This document shows positions 1-9,415 of a stretch of DNA of 20,000 bases, in pieces; positions within the stretch are counted from its first letter, which is position 1; each line of letters starts with the position of its first letter. Position numbers and translations under genes: made by a program. The DNA is from an uncultured virus (IMG/VR IMGVR_UViG_3300005264_001596) (lineage: Duplodnaviria > Heunggongvirae > Uroviricota > Caudoviricetes): IMG/VR virus record IMGVR_UViG_3300005264_001596. One strand, given 5' to 3'. Under the pieces are notes generated by a model, which did no database searches, was not told where the DNA came from, and saw only the letters and a list, made by a program, of their open reading frames with translations.

Positions 1-1
1 T

Positions 2-136
2 CATAAAATCAAAAAGAATAATTTTAATCCTGGTGTATTTATAGTATCTAAAACTATAACATCATTAATTAGTTTATATGTAAGAGATACTGATAAAATG
101 ATAAAAAATATTACTAAATTAGAGAAAGGAAAATAA
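2..136 (+). CDS. 3' end of a hypothetical protein running in from the left edge
   Basis: Frame open from position 2 (HKIKKNNFNPGVF...KLEKGK) to TAA at 134-136. Confidence 0.7.
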   Translation, partial: HKIKKNNFNPGVFIVSKTITSLISLYVRDTDKMIKNITKLEKGK

Positions 137-139
137 ATT

Positions 140-271
140 ATGAATGATTATGAAAAAGCTAGAAAAGAACAAGAAGAAAAAATTAAAAATATGATTGAAA
201 GTGGTAGTCAAATGCTTAATGAAGTAGCTGTAGGAGAAACTTTTTCAAATTCAAGAAAAGTTGAGAAATAA
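140..271 (+). CDS. Small 43-aa hypothetical protein (MNDYEKARKEQEEKIKNMIESGSQMLNEVAVGETFSNSRKVEK), not in the ORF track
   Basis: AAAGGA SD-like site upstream of ATG 140; fills the gap between neighbouring genes; AT-rich codon usage like its neighbours. Confidence 0.7.
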   Translation: MNDYEKARKEQEEKIKNMIESGSQMLNEVAVGETFSNSRKVEK

Positions 272-280
272 CAATAATTA
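270..280 (+). promoter_or_regulatory. Candidate late promoter AACA-N5-TA
   Basis: AACAATAATTA just upstream of the AGGAGG SD of ORF 302; same motif at 2561, 18412(-) and 18454. Confidence 0.45.
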
Positions 281-301
281 AATATAAGGAGGAAATATAA
301 T

Positions 302-1120
302 ATGAACAATTTAACAAATTTATTAGAAAATATTCAAGATAATAATATTCAAGATAATAATGGTGATTTAAATTATTTATTTGAATCTAGGGTAGAAATG
401 GAATTATCAGAAGAATTATTATTATCAGAAGCTGGAGGTTTAAATCTTAATTATAAAACTGATAAACTTTTAGAACAATGGTCAGTATTTATGAATGATG
501 CAATGACCAAAGTTTTTAAAACTAGAGATATGCAGATTAAAGCCCTTAATAAATTAACTGCAACTCGTAATGTATATAATGCTGATAAAGTAGTATCTTT
601 ATATCCTGATGTATTAGCAACAGATATGAATAAATTATTTGATATTAAAAAAATGATTAAAATTATAGAATCTGATTTTAATCCAGATTTGAATTATCGA
701 AATAATGAAAAAGTATTTATTAAAAAATGGTTAAATGATTTGGGTAGTGGAATTATGCAATGGAATTATCTTTGGGTTATATTATTGTCAGCCAGTGGAA
801 TTGGTTCAATAATTTCTATATTTAGTTCAATTAAATCAATCCTTGCTAGATTACCAAAAACAAAAATTAAAAGTAAAGATGTTACTGAAAAAGAACTTAA
901 AAAATATATTGAAGATATGAAGAAAGAAATTAATGGTATTAAAAATCTTTATGATACATTTAAAAAAGCTGGATCTGAGATAAATAAAATTGAAGATAAA
1001 AAAACCAGAGCATATGCATACTGGGTATTTAAATCAGCTATATTTAGAGCAGATAGTATAATTGAAATGAAATATCAACATATTGTTACTATTTATAAAC
1101 AAAAAATGAAGAAAAAATAA
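302..1120 (+). CDS. Probable virion head/ejection protein with acidic N-terminal propeptide and a hydrophobic segment
   Basis: Strong SD; acidic N-terminus with repeated L-x-E motifs (LLE, LFE, LSE, LLLSE-A); basic remainder; hydrophobic stretch WNYLWVILLSASGIGSIISIF. Confidence 0.5.
   Translation: MNNLTNLLENIQDNNIQDNNGDLNYLFESRVEMELSEELLLSEAGGLNLNYKTDKLLEQWSVFMNDAMTKVFKTRDMQIKALNKLTATRNVYNADKVVSLYPDVLATDMNKLFDIKKMIKIIESDFNPDLNYRNNEKVFIKKWLNDLGSGIMQWNYLWVILLSASGIGSIISIFSSIKSILARLPKTKIKSKDVTEKELKKYIEDMKKEINGIKNLYDTFKKAGSEINKIEDKKTRAYAYWVFKSAIFRADSIIEMKYQHIVTIYKQKMKKK
329..358 (+). repeat. 15-bp in-frame tandem duplication (aatattcaagataat x2; NIQDN NIQDN)
   Basis: Direct reading of the sequence. 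Confidence 0.8.
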
Positions 1121-1127
1121 TTTTAAT

Positions 1128-1158
1128 AATAGAGGGATAATACCCTCTATTTTTTTTT
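1128..1158 (+). terminator. Intrinsic terminator-like hairpin
   Basis: aatagaggg-ataata-ccctctatt followed by a T run. Confidence 0.8.
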
Positions 1159-1876
1159 GAAATTTAGATTAACTAGAACTCAAAGAAAAATTAGATTTGC
1201 ATTATTGTTAATATGTACTGCATACCTTATAACAATAGGTGTAAAAAATATAACACATGAAAAACATGAAGTGATTAATAATGATATCGTATATGCGATT
1301 GAAAATATATCAGTTCAAGAATCAGTAGAACCAAAAACATTTATTGCAAATTTAAAAGAAACAAATTTATTAAAAAGACAATATGAAATCATGAAACCTT
1401 TAATTGAAACAATCAGCGAATATAATAAATTAAATAAGTATATCTCAAAGTATAAAGGTAATGATTTTACTGTTGATGATTATTTAATGGTTAAAGAAGT
1501 ATCAAATTATTATGGCGTTCCAATTGAAATATCATTAGCAATCATAGAAGTTGAAAGTAATTTTTATTCAGCTGCTGCTAATCCAGATTCTTCTGCTGGT
1601 GGATATTATCAAGTACTTTCTTCTACTGGTAAATGGTTATATGAAAAAGTATTACCTGAAGAAATACGAACTAAGTATGGTGCTTGGTCTGATGATATGA
1701 GATTTAATAAAGAAATAAGTATTTATCTTGGAAACTCATATTTAGCTTTTAATTATAAAGGTGACTGGAGTAGAAGTATTCGAAGATATTATGGAAGTAT
1801 TCATGAAGAAAATAACAATATTTATCTAAATAAAGTAATAAATAAAACTAATAATATTTTAAAAGAAGTATATTAA
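1157..1876 (+). CDS. Membrane-anchored SLT-domain lytic transglycosylase (start codon uncertain)
   Basis: SLT motifs AIIEVESNF (catalytic Glu), SSAGGYYQV, IYLGNSYL, RRYYG; basic N-terminus plus TM helix FALLLICTAYLITIGV. Confidence 0.85.
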   Translation: MKFRLTRTQRKIRFALLLICTAYLITIGVKNITHEKHEVINNDIVYAIENISVQESVEPKTFIANLKETNLLKRQYEIMKPLIETISEYNKLNKYISKYKGNDFTVDDYLMVKEVSNYYGVPIEISLAIIEVESNFYSAAANPDSSAGGYYQVLSSTGKWLYEKVLPEEIRTKYGAWSDDMRFNKEISIYLGNSYLAFNYKGDWSRSIRRYYGSIHEENNNIYLNKVINKTNNILKEVY

Positions 1877-1906
1877 AAAAGAAAATAATGCATTTTCTTT
1901 TTTTTT
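1875..1906 (+). terminator. AT-rich terminator-like hairpin
   Basis: aaaaaagaaaat-aatgc-attttctttttt plus further Ts. Confidence 0.55.
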
Positions 1907-1967
1907 ATTCACACATAACATTATAATATAATAAAAGTATAAAAAATAAGAAAGGAGAATTTAATAA

Positions 1968-2480
1968 ATGCTTTGTTTAGATTTTAATAGAGAATGTAGA
2001 AAATGTAATATTTGTGAACACTTTAGATCAACTGATGCAAATCAAAGCAATAAAAAAGAAATAGATTTATATATTAATGAGATAAGTTTAAGTTATATGG
2101 ATTTTGATACTATAAGATTATTAAAAAAGATATTAGATTATTCAGTAACACTAAAAATTAATAAAATCCCTGTGGATATTATTAAAGAATATGCAATAAA
2201 AATGAATTGGAATCATGTTTCAATGTTCCAATATATTGATGAAAATATAATTACTGATTATGGACATTTAATAGAAGAAAATAGAATTGATTTAAATTTT
2301 AAAGAATTTAATATTATTAAATTTATGGAAAGACTAGAATTTGATGATTTTAAAAAGTTTTTAATTGAAAATAAATTATCAAATAAATGTATATGTTTAA
2401 ATCAGTTAATTAAATTAACACCAAATATATATTTAGAAAAATATTATGATTTAATAATAGATATTATTAAAGATTTATAA
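1968..2480 (+). CDS. Hypothetical protein with N-terminal Cys cluster and a tryptophan-repeat-like unit
   Basis: AAGGAG SD; C-x6-CRKCNIC; NWNHVSMFQYIDENIITDY resembles viral tryptophan-repeat units. Confidence 0.6.
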   Translation: MLCLDFNRECRKCNICEHFRSTDANQSNKKEIDLYINEISLSYMDFDTIRLLKKILDYSVTLKINKIPVDIIKEYAIKMNWNHVSMFQYIDENIITDYGHLIEENRIDLNFKEFNIIKFMERLEFDDFKKFLIENKLSNKCICLNQLIKLTPNIYLEKYYDLIIDIIKDL

Positions 2481-2504
2481 TGGCTTACATAAGCCATTAT
2501 TTTT
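2477..2504 (+). terminator. Intrinsic terminator
   Basis: ataatggctt-acat-aagccattat followed by tttt. Confidence 0.8.
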
Positions 2505-2527
2505 CTGTCATATAAAGTTTTTGGTTA

Positions 2528-2544
2528 TATATTATATAAATGAA
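2528..2544 (+). promoter_or_regulatory. Candidate early promoter TATATTAT-N5-TGAA
   Basis: tatattat ataaa tgaa; motif recurs at 7268, 10450 and 13086, each intergenic. Confidence 0.6.
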
Positions 2545-2560
2545 AATAAATATTACTATC

Positions 2561-2571
2561 AACATTTTTTA
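2561..2571 (+). promoter_or_regulatory. Candidate late promoter AACA-N5-TA upstream of the tubulin gene
   Basis: aacatttttta. Confidence 0.35.
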
Positions 2572-2604
2572 GTAATACAACTTAATTTTAAGGAGGACAT
2601 AAAT

Positions 2605-2667
2605 ATGTCAGTAAATGATACAATAGAAAACATGGTGGATTTATCGAATGAAAGATTTAATGACTAA
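2605..2667 (+). CDS. 20-aa upstream ORF (MSVNDTIENMVDLSNERFND) overlapping the tubulin start
   Basis: AGGAGG SD at 2591-2596 is spaced for ATG 2605, not for the tubulin ATG; TAA at 2665-2667 overlaps the tubulin frame (ATGACTAA). Confidence 0.5.
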   Translation: MSVNDTIENMVDLSNERFND

Positions 2668-3733
2668 TACATTAGTATTAGGATTAGGTCAAGCAGGCGG
2701 TAATGTAACAAGTCTTGCATATGAAAGAAATATTTTAACAGCAGCAATTAATACATCACAAAAAGATCTATATGAAACAAATGCTCATATCAAAATTCAT
2801 ATGAGTGATATTGATGGTTCAGGTAAAGATAGAGATTTTTCGTTCGAGATGTTTAAAGAAAATTATCAATCTCTTTTACAACCAATATTTGATTTAATTG
2901 ATTCCAATGATATTAATAATATTGCAATTGTTGCATCTGGAACAGGTGGAACAGGTTCAGGAATCTTTGCACCAGTATTAGCATTTTTAAATAATAAATA
3001 TGGTGATAAACTTATTTATGGCGTAGCCATTTTAGGTTCAATTAAAGAAGATTACTTAGCTCAGTCAAATGCAAAAGAATTTTTAAAAGAAGTTGACGAA
3101 AAACTCAGTGTTCCTTATATGATTTTCGATAATGACTCTGTAGAAGGTAATGTTCATGAGGTTTACAAAACAATTAATAATGATATCATCAATAAAATAT
3201 GTGTTATTGATGGTTACATGTATGATGCATCTGATATAGCTAATATCGATAATAGTGACAAAACTAGATTGTATAAATCTGGAAGATTTTTAATATCTAC
3301 AATTGATAATATAAGTACATCTTTAACTAATGATATTGATGCTGAAGATAATATCATTTCATCTATAAGAAAAAGTCATCAAACTGATATTGGTGAATTT
3401 GTAGACACATATGGAATTTATATTAATTCAAATGATTTAAATAAATTTGATTATAATTTTGTAAAATTACAAAATGAATTTGGTCAATCAGTAACGATGT
3501 TTAAACACATTCAATTGTATAATGGTAAATCTCCAGAAATTGCTGTTATTATGACAGGACTAGAATCTCCAGTTGATAGATTTAATCTTATTGATAGAAG
3601 AATGTCTGAATATGAATCAAAAGAACGAAGAGCATTACCAAATTCAAATAAAATGAGTATTCCATTTGGTGAAAGAGTTGCAGTTGAAAAAATTAATGAT
3701 GATGATGATTTGCTTGGATTATTTACAAGATAA
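2648..3733 (+). CDS. Tubulin/FtsZ-family GTPase (PhuZ/TubZ-like)
   Basis: Motifs GLGQAGGN, AINT, GSGKD, signature SGTGGTGSG, FDND, T7-loop-like NIDNSD; acidic tail DDDDLLGLF. Start at 2648 or 2660. Confidence 0.92.
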   Translation: MKDLMTNTLVLGLGQAGGNVTSLAYERNILTAAINTSQKDLYETNAHIKIHMSDIDGSGKDRDFSFEMFKENYQSLLQPIFDLIDSNDINNIAIVASGTGGTGSGIFAPVLAFLNNKYGDKLIYGVAILGSIKEDYLAQSNAKEFLKEVDEKLSVPYMIFDNDSVEGNVHEVYKTINNDIINKICVIDGYMYDASDIANIDNSDKTRLYKSGRFLISTIDNISTSLTNDIDAEDNIISSIRKSHQTDIGEFVDTYGIYINSNDLNKFDYNFVKLQNEFGQSVTMFKHIQLYNGKSPEIAVIMTGLESPVDRFNLIDRRMSEYESKERRALPNSNKMSIPFGERVAVEKINDDDDLLGLFTR

Positions 3734-3750
3734 AATAGGAGGTATAAATT

Positions 3751-4722
3751 ATGAATGGTGGATTTATATTAAAATTTAAAAAGAATGATGATAATTATAA
3801 GGTAGATTTTAATAATTCTAAATCAAAAGATTTAAGAGAAACATTTAAATCTCCTAAAAAAGCTTCTAAACTATCAGAAGTTCGAGTAAAAGAGTTAGTT
3901 GTAAAATCTTTCTCTGCATTATTACAAGATATAGAAAGAGGATCAGGATATGATTATTTTGATACTCTTTTTAATAATATTGCATTTGCTAAAATATTTA
4001 TTGATATTATTGATAAGTACAAGAATAATAAAAGAATAGAGCGAATGATGTCAAGGATAATAGATTTATTATCTAAATATTATAATAAAGAAGATGAAGA
4101 TACAGAATTAGAGAAAGTACATTATATAAATAATAGATATAAGCATTTCTTAGAAAACGAAACTTGGAATAGAAACCAAAATATGGCTTTTCTAATAAAA
4201 GATAATGATATAAGATTTCAGTTAATTATTAAATCATATAATGTAAGAAACGCAGTTTATTTATATACTAGAATAGCAAATGATGTTAAGAAAAAACCTA
4301 AAGATGCTTGGCAAATATTAATTGATATGATGGAGGATTTTGATGAAGGTAAAATAATTGGTGAAATTTTATCTACAAGAAAAAGATTAACTCCAAAGTT
4401 AACAGAATATGTTTATCAAATGGTTGATGAAGCTGGACAAGATGTTTTATATGATGCTTTAGTTTATTTTGCTAAAAGAGAAAAGAATACATTAGCTATG
4501 GATATAAATAAGACAAGACACAAGACCATGTTATTAACATATCTTGAAAATAATAATATGAGAATTAAAAAGATAAAATCATATATGAAAGAAATAATAA
4601 GAGACGATATTACATTAGTAGATACATTCGATCATATTCTTAAAAATGAAGAGTTGTTTAAAGGTGAAAGAATATATAGATTCTCTAATATTGAAAATAA
4701 AAATATGATTAACTTACAATAA
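3751..4722 (+). CDS. Hypothetical helical protein downstream of tubulin
   Basis: AGGAGG SD; long ORF; no recognised motif. Confidence 0.75.
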   Translation: MNGGFILKFKKNDDNYKVDFNNSKSKDLRETFKSPKKASKLSEVRVKELVVKSFSALLQDIERGSGYDYFDTLFNNIAFAKIFIDIIDKYKNNKRIERMMSRIIDLLSKYYNKEDEDTELEKVHYINNRYKHFLENETWNRNQNMAFLIKDNDIRFQLIIKSYNVRNAVYLYTRIANDVKKKPKDAWQILIDMMEDFDEGKIIGEILSTRKRLTPKLTEYVYQMVDEAGQDVLYDALVYFAKREKNTLAMDINKTRHKTMLLTYLENNNMRIKKIKSYMKEIIRDDITLVDTFDHILKNEELFKGERIYRFSNIENKNMINLQ

Positions 4723-4742
4723 AAAAAGAGGAGATGAGTACT

Positions 4743-5567
4743 ATGATAGAAAATTTTATAGATTTAGATTTAACAATTCCAACGACTAAACCGAATATAT
4801 TTAAAATACATCAAACAGAAAAAGGTAAAACTTTTGGTATAATTGATAATGAAATGTTATTCGGTATACCAATCGATAATAGTGTTAGAAACTCCAGTAT
4901 ACTTAATATGAAAGGTAAAGTTAAAAGTATTGCTAATGGTGATAAAACTCGTAATATTGTTACAATAGTTGATGATAATGATGATGAAGATGATACATTT
5001 GATATTTATTCATTTTATAATTATTGTGATCTAGGTATTATAACTGAAGCACATATTATTTCTGGATTTAGCATTAAAGGATTTTCTGATATTGATAGAA
5101 AAAGAATTGGTATGTATTTAGTTCCTGATTATTCATCAGGAAATAAGGAGTTATTATTAAAGATTATTATTAAAAAATATAGTGGTGAATTAACTACCAT
5201 AATTTATGATTTAATAAATGACCAAATTAAGAATGATACTATTAGCATTAAAATGAAAAATAAAGATTTACTTAATTCGTATCAAGATATGCTTAATACT
5301 TTAGATTTTGCTGATAAACTCACTGATGAAACAATTCATTATTATTTTGATAAGAATAAATATGATAGAATTATATTTAATTTAAATGTCAGATTATCAA
5401 AAGAAGAATATGATGTTTTATATACAAAAACAGTGGAATTTAATAATTTATATAATCCTTATATATTTAAAAGAATAGGATTAAAAAATATAATTAATAA
5501 ATCAGGTGAAACAACTGAATTTTATGATGCATTTATGAAATCATTAAATTCATATAAAAATAAATAA
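4743..5567 (+). CDS. Hypothetical protein (start more likely 4743 than 4734)
   Basis: GAGGAG at 4728-4733 abuts ATG 4734 but lies 9 nt from ATG 4743. Confidence 0.7.
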   Translation: MIENFIDLDLTIPTTKPNIFKIHQTEKGKTFGIIDNEMLFGIPIDNSVRNSSILNMKGKVKSIANGDKTRNIVTIVDDNDDEDDTFDIYSFYNYCDLGIITEAHIISGFSIKGFSDIDRKRIGMYLVPDYSSGNKELLLKIIIKKYSGELTTIIYDLINDQIKNDTISIKMKNKDLLNSYQDMLNTLDFADKLTDETIHYYFDKNKYDRIIFNLNVRLSKEEYDVLYTKTVEFNNLYNPYIFKRIGLKNIINKSGETTEFYDAFMKSLNSYKNK

Positions 5568-5586
5568 GGGTCAAACCTTATTTTTT
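5562..5586 (+). terminator. Terminator-like hairpin
   Basis: aaataagg-gtcaaa-ccttattt plus T run. Confidence 0.6.
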
Positions 5587-5610
5587 GTTAAGACATGGGA
5601 GGTCTACAAT

Positions 5611-6861
5611 ATGGCAGCTAAAAAAGGTCCAAACTTTTTAGATGAATTAGAAAAAACAGTTAAAAAATATCAATATCTTTCAGAAGATAAAGATATTATG
5701 TTAACAACTGGATTATTAACTTTAGATTATGGAAATGGTAAAAGAATTAAAGTATATGATGATGATAATAATATTATTGATGAATATGATGAACTTGGAG
5801 TTGCTATGGGTAGCGTAAATGGATTTACAGGAGAATCTTCTACAGGTAAATCTGCACTTGCTTATATATGTGCTGGTTCAATTATGGCAACATATGACCA
5901 ATCTGATGTACATATAATTGATGTTGAAGATTCATTTGATAAAGAACGTTTTAAAAATCTTACAAACTTATCAGCATCTACATTAAAGAAACGTATGAAT
6001 ATTCTTAAAACTGATGTCGTTGAAGAAATGGCAGATTATATTGTTAAATTAGTTAAAGAAAAACTTACAAGAGTTACTGAATTAACTATAGATTCAGGTA
6101 AACGCAATATGTTCAATGAGCCTATACAATTTCTTACACCAACTGTTATAATTATTGACTCTTGGAGTAAACTTACAACTAGAAGTCAATTAGTAAAAGC
6201 TTTTGATGAAAGTTCTAAACAGGAATATGAAAATAATATGCAAGGTGCAACAAGAGCTAAAACCCTTAATGCTATTATTAAATTAATGTCTAAATTAGCA
6301 ACTATTGCCAATGTTACATTTCTTGTAGTTCATCATACAACAGATGTTATTCAAGCGGGTTTTATATCTAAGGCTGCTCAGAATATGCATATGGGTGGAG
6401 GTAAACATATAACAGGAGGAAAACAATCCATATATTTATCAAATAATTTAATAGAAACTGGTAATATGGGTAAACTAATTGCAAATGGTAGTAGAAGTCC
6501 AAATTATGGAGTTGATGGTTTTTTAGTAGGTATGAAAGTTGCTAAGAGTAGAACTAATTCTACAGGTAAAATTCTTGAAGCAGTATTTGATTATAGACTA
6601 GGTGGATTTAATAGATTGCTTACATTATTCCACTATGCTGCTAAGAATGAGATCATTCAAGGTGGAGGACAAAAATATTATTTTGAAAGTTATCCTGAGG
6701 TTACATTCTCTAAAAAGAATTTTGAAAAAGTGGCAAGAAAAAATCCTAAGTTAGTAAGTGTTTTATTCGATGAATGTAAAAATAGTCTTTCATCACTTCT
6801 ATCCAATACATCAAATTTTGACATAGATGATGAAATTGATATTATGGATGCATTATATTAA
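5611..6861 (+). CDS. uvsX: RecA/UvsX-family recombinase
   Basis: TTGLLTLDY, Walker A GESSTGKS, IDVE, Walker B IIIDS, GGK motif, KSR, GGGQKYY; acidic tail. Confidence 0.92.
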   Translation: MAAKKGPNFLDELEKTVKKYQYLSEDKDIMLTTGLLTLDYGNGKRIKVYDDDNNIIDEYDELGVAMGSVNGFTGESSTGKSALAYICAGSIMATYDQSDVHIIDVEDSFDKERFKNLTNLSASTLKKRMNILKTDVVEEMADYIVKLVKEKLTRVTELTIDSGKRNMFNEPIQFLTPTVIIIDSWSKLTTRSQLVKAFDESSKQEYENNMQGATRAKTLNAIIKLMSKLATIANVTFLVVHHTTDVIQAGFISKAAQNMHMGGGKHITGGKQSIYLSNNLIETGNMGKLIANGSRSPNYGVDGFLVGMKVAKSRTNSTGKILEAVFDYRLGGFNRLLTLFHYAAKNEIIQGGGQKYYFESYPEVTFSKKNFEKVARKNPKLVSVLFDECKNSLSSLLSNTSNFDIDDEIDIMDALY

Positions 6862-6867
6862 ATTAAT

Positions 6868-6902
6868 TAGATGTAGTCATTTTTGACTACATCTATTTAT
6901 TT
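6868..6902 (+). terminator. Intrinsic terminator
   Basis: tagatgtagtca-tttt-tgactacatcta, 12-bp perfect stem followed by a T-rich tail. Confidence 0.85.
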
Positions 6903-6919
6903 CAAAAGGAGTCTAAAAT

Positions 6920-7264
6920 ATGAAAGTAAATGTCACAACGACAAATGAAGAATTTATAAATAAATGTATTACTATAATTAAAAAGAATATTAATAGCACT
7001 GTAACAATGAATAGTTTTAAAGAATTTATATTTAATGCTTCATTATTCGATGATAAATTTTATATAGTTGTATTTAAAGATAATACAGTTACTATAATGG
7101 ATACCAATTTAAATGGATATGGTTATATTACATTTACACATCCAAAAATTTATGAAGATATAAAAGATCGTATGTTTCCTGAAGATACTTTTATTGATTT
7201 ACAAAAAGATAATGTTGCCAAAACATTTAATCATTATTCTAGTTTAATTGATAATCTTCTTTAA
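6920..7264 (+). CDS. Hypothetical protein
   Basis: AAGGAG SD; 114-aa ORF. Confidence 0.75.
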   Translation: MKVNVTTTNEEFINKCITIIKKNINSTVTMNSFKEFIFNASLFDDKFYIVVFKDNTVTIMDTNLNGYGYITFTHPKIYEDIKDRMFPEDTFIDLQKDNVAKTFNHYSSLIDNLL

Positions 7265-7267
7265 GCA

Positions 7268-7284
7268 TATATTATAAGTATGAA
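7268..7284 (+). promoter_or_regulatory. Candidate early promoter TATATTAT-N5-TGAA
   Basis: tatattat aagta tgaa upstream of the RNAP beta-C gene. Confidence 0.6.
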
Positions 7285-7310
7285 TAATAAAATAGAAGGA
7301 GAGTATAAAA

Positions 7311-9062
7311 ATGAGCAATAATTTGAAAAAAGAGTTTAAAAAGATTAATAAGAAGTATGATGATTTAGATAAAGCCCATGCATCTGGTCTAATGACAATG
7401 GCAGCACATATTTCAGCAAATAGACTTATGATGTTTTTCTCTAATTTAACCCAATATAATCAAATTGACAATCCAGAACCACCATTATTAACAACTGGAT
7501 ATGAAAATCCATTAGCACTATATAGTAAATTATCATATAACCAAATTGAAAATAAGGTTATAGTTGTAGGGAAAATAATAAAAAATAAATACAATTATAC
7601 ACTTATTACTTATGATAAGAAAAAAGATTTGTATGATATTGTTGAAAGACATGAAGCAGAAGATCTTGGTGAAAGTTATGGTTTTAAAATAAATAATGAA
7701 ACTATAGACTCTTATAATATCGGAAATACAATAAAGAAAGATACAGTATTATGGAAATCAAGTGGTTATGATGATTATATGAATTATGGCTATGGAAAGA
7801 ATTTAAACACTATGTATTCTATAAATTTAAATAATCTTGAAGATGCTATAACTACAACTGATGATATTGGTTTAGATACTAATAAAGTTAAAACTATTGA
7901 AGTTATTATTTCTGATAATACTGGTCCATTAAATTTATATGGAGATAATAAACAATTTAAAGTATTTCCTGAAGTTGGAGAAACTGTTAATGATTGTATA
8001 TTATGTGCAACTAGACTTAGAAATGAAAAATCAGATTTATTTAATTTCACAAATGATAAATTAAGAAAGTTAATTTCAGGTGATACAACATATGTTACTC
8101 ATGGTAATTATAAAGTTATTGATATTGATATTCTTACAAATAATCCTATTGATGATTTACCTAATACAAAATCATATCAACAAATAAAACGAGTGTATTC
8201 AGAAATTATAGAATATCGAAAAAAGATTCATAAAGAATTAGATATAATTATAAACTCTGGCTCAGATTATACAAGTAGATTATCATTTCTTTATAAAAGA
8301 ATAAATGATTTATTAGATGATAGAATTAAAATAGAAGTTAATAATAAAATATTCTCAAAATTTATTATTAATTTTACCGTGATGCATAAAGATACACCTA
8401 AATTAGGAAGTAAGATAGTGGGTAGATCTGGAAATAAAGGAATCATTGGTACCATTAGAAATAAAAAAGAAGCATCATATTATATTGATGAAAAAGGTGA
8501 AGAACAAAAAGTTCAAATAATTTTAGATGGATTAGGTATATTAGCAAGACTTGCATTAATGCAAAGTTATGAAGTTGAAGTTAATTGGATGGTTGGTCAA
8601 GCATTAGATCGAGTATGGGATGATAGAAAAAAATTTATGAAAACTTGTTTTGATTTATTAAATATACTTAATCCTTCAGAAGCTGAAGCATTAGAAAATG
8701 ATTATATGAATTTAGATAAATCAGGTAAAAAATATATTTATAAATCTATTCAGGAACATGGATTACCTATATTTGTTAAACCGTCTGAAGGCATTGGAGA
8801 TAAACGATATGAAGAATTAATTGATTATGTGAAACCTAAGAAATATAAAATTTATAAATATGATACAAATGGAAAGAAAATTTATTATAAAAGACCAATG
8901 ATAGTTGGAAAACAGTATGTAATGATTTTAAAACATACTCCATTATCTAAATTTAGTGTCAGAAGTAGAGGTGCAGTGAATCCACGTTCAGGAACACCTA
9001 CTAGAAGTAATGCTTTTCTTAAAAATAGAGCTTTATATTCTGATACCTCATCTCGACTTGGT
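7311..9062 (+). CDS. rpoB: Phage multisubunit RNAP beta-like subunit, C-terminal half, exon 1 (spliced product about 707 aa)
   Basis: SANRLMMFFSNLTQ (cf. DANRALMGANMQRQ), GKNL, NLEDAI, GSKIVGRSGNKGII (cf. GDKxxGRHGNKGVI), VGKQYVMILKH, KFSVRSRG; ends at RLG of the GxRxGEME motif. Confidence 0.92.
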
Positions 9063-9415
9063 GAATTTTTGCCAACGACTTTTTAATTGCGGGGAACTGC
9101 TAACTAGATTAGCGGGATGAATAATCCTCTCTACTTTAGGATACAGATACTAAACTATCATAGTAATATAGATAGTGGCGAAGGGTAACTCCTTAGGTAT
9201 AGTAAAAATTCTGTATATAGAGACAATCCGCATCCAAGCTTCTCAAAGAGAAGAAGGTTCAACGACTATCCCTTTCGGGGGAGTACAGAACAAGCTAAGG
9301 TTCTGGAAAAGGAAGACCTATCATAAGATAGAAGATATAGTCTATTCTGCATCGAGAGATGTAGCAGTTCATAAGAGAACGATATAAAGAGTTGCGTCTT
9401 TATATGAATATAAAG
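9063..9415 (+). ncRNA. Group I self-splicing intron (IA2-like), 353 nt, no homing endonuclease
   Basis: 5' exon ends in U; P1 UUGGU/GCCAA with U9062-G9071 wobble; core aattgcgggga / aatccgcatcca / tcaacgacta / aagatatagtc (P7 gacta/tagtc); P7.1 and P7.2 hairpins; terminal G9415; excision restores RLG|EME in frame. Confidence 0.93.

Noticed and set aside
7790..8050. 86-aa minus-strand ORF
   Set aside because: Shadow ORF antisense to the RNAP subunit
9175..9387. 70-aa ORF as an intron-encoded homing endonuclease
   Set aside because: Overlaps the ribozyme core, is too short, and has no HNH, GIY-YIG or LAGLIDADG motif
9392..9415. TTG-initiated MRLYMN N-termini (also 16250-16273) as a shared protein motif or independent genes
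   Set aside because: These are translations of the conserved intron 3' ends; the real coding sequence resumes at 9416 and 16274
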